A DNA stretch of 64,000 nt from a bacterium (GTDB lineage: Bacteria > Zhuqueibacterota > Zhuqueibacteria > Residuimicrobiales > Krinioviventaceae): the NCBI GenBank assembly GCA_963693055.1, contig OY843751.1, forward strand, positions 2,592,001-2,656,000, given 5' to 3'. The position numbers and the translations under genes are program-made. A model generated the notes under the pieces. The model did no database searches and was not told the DNA's origin. It was given only the letters and a program-made list of their open reading frames with translations. Every line of letters starts with the position of its first letter. Positions within the stretch are counted from its first letter, which is position 1. This document shows positions 27,815 through 36,113 of the stretch, one piece after another.

Positions 27815-28824
27815 GTATATTGATTACAGGAGGGGCAGGTTATATTGGTAGTCACACCTGTCTCGAATTGTTAAATGCAAATAAAGATATTGTTGTAATA
27901 GACAATCTTGATAATAGTAAGCAAGAATCACTCGAGCGAGTGCAAAAGTTGACAGGTAAGCAATTAACATTTTATAAATATGATCTCTTGGACCTGGATG
28001 CAGTTGAGCGAATTTTTAAAAATCATGATATAACTGATGTTATACATTTTGCAGGCCTCAAAGCCGTAGGTGAATCAAACACAATTCCACTGCATTATTA
28101 TGACAATAATATTACCAGTACGCTCAATTTGTGTAAAGTGATGAAAAAGCACAAAGTCTTGAATTTGGTGTTTAGTTCTTCAGCAACAGTTTATGGTGAT
28201 CCGCACACTGTACCCATTCTTGAGGATTTTCCACTTGGACCAACAAATCCATATGGTAGAACAAAATACATGATTGAACTGATATTGCGTGATTTGTATG
28301 CATCTGATTCAAATTGGAATATTGCATTGTTGCGGTATTTTAATCCTGTAGGTGCACATAAAAGTGGACAAATAGGAGAGGACCCCAATGGAATTCCCAA
28401 CAATCTATTTCCTTATATTGCTCAGGTAGCTGTAGGAAAACTTGAAAAACTTGCTGTGTTTGGAGGAGATTATCCAACCCACGATGGTACCGGCGTAAGA
28501 GATTATATTCATGTTGTTGATCTTGCAATAGGTCATTTACGAGCTTTGGACCGGTTACAGGAAAATCCCGGACTTGTAACCTATAATTTAGGCACGGGAC
28601 AGGGATACAGCGTTTTGGATGTTGTAAAAGCATTTTCAAAAGCATCAGTAAAAGAAATTCCATATAAAATTACAGATAGACGCACGGGAGATGTTGCATC
28701 ATGTTATGCGGATCCTGCTCTTGCACAAAAAGAATTAAACTGGTGTGCTACTCAAACAATTGATGACATGTGTGCAGATAGTTGGCGCTGGCAATCTAAT
28801 AATCCTAATGGTTACGAATCATAA
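27811..28824 (+). CDS. galE: UDP-glucose 4-epimerase
   Basis: GGAGYIGSH, HFAGLKAVGES, FSSSATVYG, YGRTK, LRYFNPVGAH. Confidence 0.97.
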   Translation: MSILITGGAGYIGSHTCLELLNANKDIVVIDNLDNSKQESLERVQKLTGKQLTFYKYDLLDLDAVERIFKNHDITDVIHFAGLKAVGESNTIPLHYYDNNITSTLNLCKVMKKHKVLNLVFSSSATVYGDPHTVPILEDFPLGPTNPYGRTKYMIELILRDLYASDSNWNIALLRYFNPVGAHKSGQIGEDPNGIPNNLFPYIAQVAVGKLEKLAVFGGDYPTHDGTGVRDYIHVVDLAIGHLRALDRLQENPGLVTYNLGTGQGYSVLDVVKAFSKASVKEIPYKITDRRTGDVASCYADPALAQKELNWCATQTIDDMCADSWRWQSNNPNGYES

Positions 28825-28834
28825 GGAATTCAAT

Positions 28835-29179
28835 ATGAAAAAGATATTTGAAAAGGCTTTGTTAGATATAATCATTACGGTTGTAATTCTGTTAACGTTG
28901 TTTACAGGCCATGTTTTTATCCGATGGTTTTTGTATCTTTATACACCTGTAATATTAGCAGCCCGAATTATTGCACTTTTTAGTAAAAAAGTAAAAAGCA
29001 GCAAGGGTGTTAGTGATTGGATTTTTCATCTTTTATATGCTATTAATTTTACTGTATTGATTATAGACCGTTGGTGGGTGCTTGCTGGCATGTGGCTGTT
29101 AATCTGGATATTGGCATTTCTATTCTCACGTAAAAGATCTGTGCAACAACAGTCCGCTAAACGTATGCGTAAAAGATAA
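28835..29179 (+). CDS. Small hypothetical membrane protein
   Basis: About 4 hydrophobic segments and a basic tail; ATG 28835 after AAGGA. Confidence 0.7.
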   Translation: MKKIFEKALLDIIITVVILLTLFTGHVFIRWFLYLYTPVILAARIIALFSKKVKSSKGVSDWIFHLLYAINFTVLIIDRWWVLAGMWLLIWILAFLFSRKRSVQQQSAKRMRKR

Positions 29180-29203
29180 TTCAATCTCTACCGGTAATGC
29201 CGA

Positions 29204-30340
29204 ATGCAATCAGATAAGCCTTATATTGTTCTTGTGGGTCCAGTTAATCCCAAAACAGGGGGGATGGAAACGTATATCCGTGCGCTTTTGGATTCTCAAG
29301 AGGCTGAAGCTATTGATCTACAGCTATTTGATATTTCCAAGCCCTGGGTACGTAAAAAACAATCCCGTAAATATACGGGATATGCGGCATCTATACGACG
29401 AAATTTTTTGGTTTCCTTTACAAGCTATTTCCAATCGCTGAGTTTTCTTGTACGATTTACTTACCGTATATTCAAAAAAAAACCAGATCTGGTACACCTG
29501 CATACGGCATCATATACATCATTTTGGGAAAAAATATTTTATATTCATGTATGTAACTGGATGCGTGTTCCCGTAATATTGCATGTACATGGTGCCTTGT
29601 TTGATAATTTTTATTATAAACAAGCCTTGTTTGTGCGAAAATATATTCGACATATGTTGAATAAATGTGATCATATTTTGGTATTATCTCAGTATTGGTA
29701 TGACTTGTTGTCTCGTTTGACGGATCCTCGTAATGTTACCATCGTACCTAACGGTGTTGATACCTTAGTGTATTCTGAAATTGTTTACCCCAAATCCGAA
29801 ATCCCTTCCATGTTGTTTTTGGGCGAATTGTCTAAACGTAAAGGGATATTTGATTTATTAAAAGTGATTCAAGCCTTGGCTGTGGATTTTAAGGATTTTC
29901 TGGTATATATTGCAGGTCCGGGCGATACTTTGGAAATTAAAAAACTAGCACAAGATTACAATATTGAAAAACAGATATATTTGATGGGACCGGTCTTTGA
30001 TCGGGAAAAATTGCAATTGCTACAATCATCCTGGATTTTTATTTTACCATCATATGCAGAAGCCCAGCCCATGTCTATAATTGAGGCAATGGCTTCAGGT
30101 TCTGCCGTAATCAGTACCAAAGTAGGCGGCATACCTGAAATGGTCATTGAACCCGAAAATGGCTACCTCACCGATCCCGGGGATATTCAGCATTTAAAAA
30201 AAGTTGCCGAGTTGTTATTGAACCACAAGCAATTGTGTGAAAAAAAGGGGATAGCTAATATCAACAAGGCGAAAGAAATATTTGATATTAACATTAACAT
30301 GCAAAAGATATTAAATTGTTACTATTCGCTCTTATCCTAG
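29204..30340 (+). CDS. Glycosyltransferase family 4 protein
   Basis: GGMETY, VPNGVD, RKGIFDLL, LPSYAEAQPMSIIEAMASG. Confidence 0.92.
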   Translation: MQSDKPYIVLVGPVNPKTGGMETYIRALLDSQEAEAIDLQLFDISKPWVRKKQSRKYTGYAASIRRNFLVSFTSYFQSLSFLVRFTYRIFKKKPDLVHLHTASYTSFWEKIFYIHVCNWMRVPVILHVHGALFDNFYYKQALFVRKYIRHMLNKCDHILVLSQYWYDLLSRLTDPRNVTIVPNGVDTLVYSEIVYPKSEIPSMLFLGELSKRKGIFDLLKVIQALAVDFKDFLVYIAGPGDTLEIKKLAQDYNIEKQIYLMGPVFDREKLQLLQSSWIFILPSYAEAQPMSIIEAMASGSAVISTKVGGIPEMVIEPENGYLTDPGDIQHLKKVAELLLNHKQLCEKKGIANINKAKEIFDININMQKILNCYYSLLS

Positions 30341-30407
30341 TGTAGCATATTGTTTATATGATTTTTAACTTGCTTTTTAGTCGATTTTTTTATATAATAT
30401 AAATCGT

Positions 30408-30428
30408 TTGTCAAATTAGATTTGACAA
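30408..30428. promoter_or_regulatory. Perfect palindromic operator-like site TTGTCAAAT-N3-ATTTGACAA upstream of sppA
   Basis: 9-bp perfect inverted repeat just downstream of TATAAT (30395-30400). Confidence 0.5.
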
Positions 30429-30451
30429 TTTATTTAAATTATGGTAAATAA

Positions 30452-31339
30452 ATGGCAAAAAAACAAGATTACATTATTGGCGGTATAATTCTGACAGTAA
30501 TTGCTTTTTTCGGAATTTTGTTTATTATCGCAATTGTAGGGCTTGGCAGTCAATCGGATGTATCTATTGTTTCTGGTGGAGATAAAGTTGCTGTTATTGA
30601 ACTTGAAGGTATTATAACCAGTCCGCATGCCATTGTTCGTCAATTTAAAAAGTTTGATGAAGATGAAAGTGTAAAATCCATTGTATTCCGTATAAACAGT
30701 CCCGGTGGCGGGATTTCAGCATCACAAGAAATATATGAACATGTTCGTCGGGTGCGAGATGGAGGAAAGCCCATCGTTGCTTCTATGGGAACTGTTGCTG
30801 CTTCTGGTGGTTATTATGTTGCTTTGGGAGCGGATGCAATTATGGCAAATCCGGGTACTACTACAGGAAGTATTGGGGTTATAGCCGAATTTCCAAATTT
30901 TAAGAAATTAATGGAAAAAATTGGTATAGAGTTTACAGTAATAAAAAGTGGTAAATTTAAAGATACGGGTTCACCATATCGTGATATTCGTCCTGAAGAA
31001 CGTCAGTACTTACAAGCCTGGATTGATAACGGTTATGAGCAATTTCTTGAAACTGTAATACGTGAACGGGAATTGCCCAGAAACGATGTCCTAAAAGTTG
31101 CTGATGGCAGGATATATACTGGTGAGCAGGCAAAGAATTTTGCACTTATTGATACACTGGGTACATTTGAAGATGCAATTACACTTGCCGCTGAGCTCGG
31201 TGGAATAAAAGGTAAACCCAAATTGGTTAAAGAACGTCAGAATAAAATTACGTTATATGATATTTTAACTGAAGATATTCAAATCTTGTTATCTGAATAT
31301 GTAGGTTTGTGGCCAGAGGCTAAATATTTATTTAGATAG
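30452..31339 (+). CDS. sppA: Signal peptide peptidase SppA (36K type)
   Basis: N-terminal TM, RINSPGG, AASGGYYVA, TGSIGV, KSGKFKD, DGRIYTG. Confidence 0.95.
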   Translation: MAKKQDYIIGGIILTVIAFFGILFIIAIVGLGSQSDVSIVSGGDKVAVIELEGIITSPHAIVRQFKKFDEDESVKSIVFRINSPGGGISASQEIYEHVRRVRDGGKPIVASMGTVAASGGYYVALGADAIMANPGTTTGSIGVIAEFPNFKKLMEKIGIEFTVIKSGKFKDTGSPYRDIRPEERQYLQAWIDNGYEQFLETVIRERELPRNDVLKVADGRIYTGEQAKNFALIDTLGTFEDAITLAAELGGIKGKPKLVKERQNKITLYDILTEDIQILLSEYVGLWPEAKYLFR

Positions 31340-31375
31340 AGCATAGAGTTTACCCTGAACTGAGGTAAATCCATT

Positions 31376-31654
31376 ATGAAAAAAGCAGATATTGTTCGAA
31401 TTATTGCAGAAGGAACAGGTTTAACGCAGGTTGAAACCCAGGCTGTTGTAGACGGTTTTATTGCTACGGTCAGTTATGCTCTAAAAAATGGAGAACGAAT
31501 TGAATTACGCGGTTTTGGAAATTTTAAAGCTGTCAAGCGTAATGCCCGAATGGCCCGTAATCCGAAAACAAATGAACCTGTTGAAGTGCCTGAACATATG
31601 ACTGCAGTATTTAGGCCTTCCAGAGATTTAAAAGATTTTTTAAATAAAGAATAA
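31376..31654 (+). CDS. hup: HU/IHF family DNA-binding protein
   Basis: IELRGFGNF, ARNPKT, FRPS. Confidence 0.93.
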   Translation: MKKADIVRIIAEGTGLTQVETQAVVDGFIATVSYALKNGERIELRGFGNFKAVKRNARMARNPKTNEPVEVPEHMTAVFRPSRDLKDFLNKE

Positions 31655-31676
31655 TTTTAGTAAGGAGGTGATTACT

Positions 31677-31769
31677 TTGCCAAGCGGAAAAAAGAGAAAA
31701 AGACACAAGATTGCTACACACAAACGTAAAAAGCGCTTACGTAAAGATAGACATAAAAAGAAAAAGTAA
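31677..31769 (+). CDS. 30-aa basic peptide MPSGKKRKRHKIATHKRKKRLRKDRHKKKK, AURKAIP1/COX24 (mS38/bS22-like) small ribosomal protein; absent from the ORF track
   Basis: TTG start 5 nt after a strong SD TAAGGAGGTGA; sequence closely matches the Bacteroidota bS22/mS38-like peptide; followed by a terminator. Confidence 0.88.
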   Translation: MPSGKKRKRHKIATHKRKKRLRKDRHKKKK

Positions 31770-31778
31770 AATGATTTT

Positions 31779-31806
31779 GGGCTGAGAAATAAATCTTGGC
31801 CCTTTT
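31779..31806 (+). terminator. Intrinsic terminator after the hup/bS22-like genes
   Basis: GGGCTGAGA-AATAAA-TCTTGGCCC stem (two G-U pairs) followed by TTTT. Confidence 0.65.
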
Positions 31807-31823
31807 CGGTTTAACAGTATTCA

Positions 31824-33059
31824 ATGTTTGAGCGCTTTATGGATTTATTTGACCAGACAGATTTTGAACACATGTATTCAGTTTCTGAGATCAATTCTGA
31901 AATTAAAGAGTTGGTTGAAACTTCCCTGCCTGCTATTTGGGTACAAGGTGAAATATCCAATTTCACCCACCATTCTTCCGGTCACATGTATTTTTCACTC
32001 AAAGATTCACAATCACAAATTACCTGTGTTATGTGGAAAAGCAGAAACTATGCACTTGGTTTTGTGCCCGCTGATGGAATGAAGGTACAATTACGAGGGA
32101 ATGTACGTGTTTATGAAAAGAGGGGTTCGCTTCAATTAGATGCTGTCAAAATGGTACCTGCAGGAGTTGGCGATCTTCAGTTTGCATTTGAGGCTTTAAA
32201 AAACCGCTTGAATGAAGAAGGATTGTTTAGTCCTGAATTTAAAAAAGAATTACCCGCTTTTCCCGATACTGTAGGTATAATAACTTCACCCACCGGTGCA
32301 GCGATTCAGGATATCCAAACTGTTCTTCAACGACGTTTTCCCTCTGTCCGTATGGTTTTACGTCCTACAATCGTTCAGGGAGAATCTGCTCCGGATGATA
32401 TTGAAACTGCTTTGCATGAAATGAACCAGCAAAAGGATATTGATGTTATTATCCTTGGACGCGGTGGCGGTTCACTTGAAGATCTTTGGGCTTTTAACGA
32501 CGAAAAAGTTGCCAGAGCTATCTTTGCCTCTCATATTCCTATTGTATCAGCTGTTGGGCATGAAATAGATTTTACGATCAGTGATTTTGTTGCCGATCTA
32601 CGTGCGCCGACTCCCTCGGCTGCCGCAGAACTTGTTGTGCCGGATATCAATGAAATAAAAGATTCATTGAAAGCATTTCAATCATTTTTTCATCAACATG
32701 TAAACAGTCTGATAAATATTCATCAAAAGCATATAAAAGCAATTATTTCCAGTTATGGATTCCGCAGACCTACAGATATGCTGCATACATATTATCAGCA
32801 TATTGATGAAATTGTGAATGTAATGAGATTTTCAGCATCTAATACGATTAAAAATGTAAAGCAAAATCTTTTATATCAAAAATCCAGATTATCTGATTTA
32901 CATCCGGATTCAATTTTAAAACGAGGTTTTAGTATAACTCGCAAAGCGAATGGCACATTAATCAAGCAAGTGAGTGATGTCAAAGATCATGAAGCGTTGG
33001 TTACACAACTTGAAGATGGTTACATCTATTCAAAAACAGAATCAACTAAATCCAATTAA
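31824..33059 (+). CDS. xseA: Exodeoxyribonuclease VII large subunit
   Basis: GEISNF..HSSGHMYFSLKD, ITSPTGAAIQD, RGGGSLEDLWAFN, SAVGHEIDF, RAPTPSAAAE. Confidence 0.97.
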   Translation: MFERFMDLFDQTDFEHMYSVSEINSEIKELVETSLPAIWVQGEISNFTHHSSGHMYFSLKDSQSQITCVMWKSRNYALGFVPADGMKVQLRGNVRVYEKRGSLQLDAVKMVPAGVGDLQFAFEALKNRLNEEGLFSPEFKKELPAFPDTVGIITSPTGAAIQDIQTVLQRRFPSVRMVLRPTIVQGESAPDDIETALHEMNQQKDIDVIILGRGGGSLEDLWAFNDEKVARAIFASHIPIVSAVGHEIDFTISDFVADLRAPTPSAAAELVVPDINEIKDSLKAFQSFFHQHVNSLINIHQKHIKAIISSYGFRRPTDMLHTYYQHIDEIVNVMRFSASNTIKNVKQNLLYQKSRLSDLHPDSILKRGFSITRKANGTLIKQVSDVKDHEALVTQLEDGYIYSKTESTKSN

Positions 33060-33070
33060 CGGGAAACAAT

Positions 33071-33277
33071 ATGGCTAAACAGACGTTTGAAGAAGCAATG
33101 GAACGATTGGATGAAATTGCAGAAATCCTTCAACAGGGCGAAAGCAGCCTGGATGAAACTCTGGAATTGTTTGAAGAGGGAAATCAGCTTGTTAATTTTT
33201 GTGAGCAAAAATTGAAAAAAGCTGAAAGCAAACTTGAGATTTTATCCGGTCAGGATCCAAACAAAACAGATGAATAA
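33071..33277 (+). CDS. xseB: Exodeoxyribonuclease VII small subunit
   Basis: TFEEAMERLDEI..SLDETLELFEEG..C..KL..AE; follows xseA. Confidence 0.95.
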   Translation: MAKQTFEEAMERLDEIAEILQQGESSLDETLELFEEGNQLVNFCEQKLKKAESKLEILSGQDPNKTDE

Positions 33278-33294
33278 TAAAATAATGTGAGATT

Positions 33295-35220
33295 ATGGAA
33301 CCATTATTACCCGGTATTCAATCACCAAACGATATAAAAAATTTTGATATTCCTCAGCTTTCTCAATTGAGTAAGGAAATCAGAGAAACAATCATTTCAA
33401 CCGTATCCAATACGGGTGGTCATCTTGCACCTTCTTTAGGTGTTGTAGAGTTGACATTGGTATTACATCACCTGTTCAATACCCCTGAAGATAAAATAGT
33501 ATGGGATGTAGGGCATCAGGCTTATGCGCATAAATTAATTACAGGTAGATATGATCGTTTCCATACCATTAGACAATATAATGGTTTGTCAGGATTTCCC
33601 AAAATTTCAGAAAGTGAATACGATGCCTTTGGTGTTGGGCATGCCAGTACGGCAATTTCTGCAGCTTATGGAATGGCTTGTGCCAGAGATGTGAATGGAG
33701 ATGATTATAAAGTTATCGCTATTGTTGGTGATGGTGCATTGACCGGTGGTCTCTCTTATGAAGGCCTAAATAACGCCGGTGCAAATTTAAAAGATTTTAT
33801 ACTGATTGTTAATGATAATAGTATGTCAATTTCACCCAATGTAGGTGCATTGTCTCATTATCTTACCAATATTATTTCAAATCCCTTGTACAACCGCCTG
33901 AAAAGCGAAATATGGGATATAACCGGGCGCATGTCAACCATGGGTTCTCATATTCGCCGGGCAGTTAAGAGATTTCAAGATGGATTGAAATCTGTTTTTG
34001 TACCTGGTATGTTGTTTGAACAATTAGGTTTCAGGTATTTTGGTCCGGTTGATGGTCATAATATTGCCAGTATGGTGCGCTTGTTTAATGAGGTTAAAAA
34101 ATTAAATGGACCTATTGTGGTTCATGTTTTAACCAAAAAGGGAAAAGGATTTGCACCTGCTGAAGAAAATGCTTCTGTTTTTCATGGGCTGGGGCGTTTT
34201 GATCCCAAAACCGGTGAAATTTTAAAAAAATCTAATGTCCCAACTTTTACTCAGGTTTTTGGAAAATCATTGGTCAAACTCGCAGAATATGATAAAAGGA
34301 TTGTTTCCATTAGCGGCGCTATGGCAATTGGAACCGGTCTAAGCGAGTTTGCAAAGAAATTCCCTGATCGTTTTTTTGATGTAGGAATTGCTGAAAGTCA
34401 TGCTGTGACTTTTGCAGCAGGTCTAGCAACTCGTAATTTAAAACCTGTTGTTGCAATATATTCCAGTTTTATGCAAAGAGGTTACGACCAAATCATTCAC
34501 GATGTTGCATTGCAGAATCTACCCGTTGTCTTTGCTCTGGACAGGGCTGGTATTGTAGGTGATGATGGTCCTACCCATCATGGTGTATTTGATTTGGCCT
34601 TTTTACGCACGGTGCCTGGGTTGACGATTATGGTTCCAGCAGATGAGGAAGAGCTTCGTCATATGCTCAAGACCTCATTTGAAATTGATGGTCCTGTGGC
34701 TTTACGATATCCACGAGGCGGTGCTGAAGGTGTTGAAATGACAGAGGCATTTGAAGCAATTCCTGTGGGCAAAAGTCAGGTCCTTCAAAATGGAGCTGAT
34801 TTAGCGATAGTCGCGTTAGGCCCCATGGTATATAGAGCACTTGAGGCCGCAGAAATATTGAGAATTGAAGATAAGCTCACTGTTGAGGTCATTAATGCCC
34901 GATTCCTAAAACCCTTTGATTCCGAAATGCTTAAACGTGTTGCTTCAAATTTTAAACTCTTATTGTCCGTTGAAGAGGGGACACTCAAGGGTGGACTGGG
35001 TAGTGAAATTGCCGAGTTTATTTTGGATAATAAATTTAATCATTTGGAATTTATTCGTTGTGGAATTTCTGATGATTTTGTAGAACAGGGAGAGCGGGGC
35101 TTGCTGTTGGAAAAAACAGGACTTGATGCTTCTGGCATTGTTGATACAGTTAGATCTTCTCATTCATATAAATCATTAACTCGTATGCATTTGTTTAAAT
35201 TTCAAAAACATGTGTCATGA
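33295..35220 (+). CDS. dxs: 1-deoxy-D-xylulose-5-phosphate synthase
   Basis: GGHLAPSLG, WDVGHQAY, GDGALTGG, GPVDGH, DVGIAE, DGPTHHG, RYPRG. Confidence 0.97.
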   Translation: MEPLLPGIQSPNDIKNFDIPQLSQLSKEIRETIISTVSNTGGHLAPSLGVVELTLVLHHLFNTPEDKIVWDVGHQAYAHKLITGRYDRFHTIRQYNGLSGFPKISESEYDAFGVGHASTAISAAYGMACARDVNGDDYKVIAIVGDGALTGGLSYEGLNNAGANLKDFILIVNDNSMSISPNVGALSHYLTNIISNPLYNRLKSEIWDITGRMSTMGSHIRRAVKRFQDGLKSVFVPGMLFEQLGFRYFGPVDGHNIASMVRLFNEVKKLNGPIVVHVLTKKGKGFAPAEENASVFHGLGRFDPKTGEILKKSNVPTFTQVFGKSLVKLAEYDKRIVSISGAMAIGTGLSEFAKKFPDRFFDVGIAESHAVTFAAGLATRNLKPVVAIYSSFMQRGYDQIIHDVALQNLPVVFALDRAGIVGDDGPTHHGVFDLAFLRTVPGLTIMVPADEEELRHMLKTSFEIDGPVALRYPRGGAEGVEMTEAFEAIPVGKSQVLQNGADLAIVALGPMVYRALEAAEILRIEDKLTVEVINARFLKPFDSEMLKRVASNFKLLLSVEEGTLKGGLGSEIAEFILDNKFNHLEFIRCGISDDFVEQGERGLLLEKTGLDASGIVDTVRSSHSYKSLTRMHLFKFQKHVS

Positions 35221-36113
35221 TTTTAGGTATTATTGGAAATACAAATAAACCCAAAGTAAAACGGGTTGTTAAAGAATTTACTGATATTCTTGATCAGAAA
35301 CAGATCCAGTATGTTTATGCATCAGATCTTGTTCCGTTTTTATCTCTTGATTCAGATCAAAAAACAGTAGATCTTGATTGTATTGGTAAGGCCTGCGATA
35401 TAGTTGTGGCCTTTGGAGGCGATGGAACTATACTTTCAACCGCCAATATTGTTGGGCATTTTGGAGTTCCCATTCTGGGTGTGAATTCCGGAGGATTGGG
35501 CTTTCTTGCTGAAGTAATGGTTGATGAGATTCATCAAGCTATTGATGATCTTTTAAATAAAAACTATTCTATTATTGATAGGATGCTGCTTAGTGTAACT
35601 ATACATCAGAATGGCAATTCTTTGCAATATACTGCATTAAATGACGTTGTCGTTGACAAGGGATTAGGTCCCCGGTTAATATATGCTGATGTTACTGTTA
35701 ATAATATGTTTTTAAATACATATCGAAGTGATGGATTAATTGTTGCTTCTCCTACCGGTTCTACTGCTTATTCATTGTCAGCAGGCGGCCCGCTGCTTAT
35801 GCCTACTATGAACGCTATTATTGTAACCCCCATTTGTCCACACTCGTTAACTGAAAGACCTATTGTTTTATCAGAACATGCCGAGTTGAATATTTCAATA
35901 AAACCCGGGCAGGATTCTGTACAGGTCAGTCTTGACGGACAAAGTATAGCTAATTTACAAGAAAACGACAGTGTGGAAATTAAAAAGGCTCAATATCCGT
36001 TAAAATGGGTATCTATCGGAAAACGTGATTTTTTCAAGATCCTTCGAACAAAACTAAACTGGGGCGTTGATAATCCCGGAATTAAAAAGAACCTGCAGGA
36101 AAGAGATTCGTGA
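35217..36113 (+). CDS. nadK: NAD(+) kinase
   Basis: GGDGTIL, GLGFLA, ALND, DGLIVASPTGSTAYSLSAGGP. Confidence 0.96.
   Translation: MILGIIGNTNKPKVKRVVKEFTDILDQKQIQYVYASDLVPFLSLDSDQKTVDLDCIGKACDIVVAFGGDGTILSTANIVGHFGVPILGVNSGGLGFLAEVMVDEIHQAIDDLLNKNYSIIDRMLLSVTIHQNGNSLQYTALNDVVVDKGLGPRLIYADVTVNNMFLNTYRSDGLIVASPTGSTAYSLSAGGPLLMPTMNAIIVTPICPHSLTERPIVLSEHAELNISIKPGQDSVQVSLDGQSIANLQENDSVEIKKAQYPLKWVSIGKRDFFKILRTKLNWGVDNPGIKKNLQERDS

Noticed and set aside
31349-31369. Hairpin TTTACC...GGTAAA over the hup RBS
   Set aside because: Only a 6-bp AT-rich stem, plausible by chance
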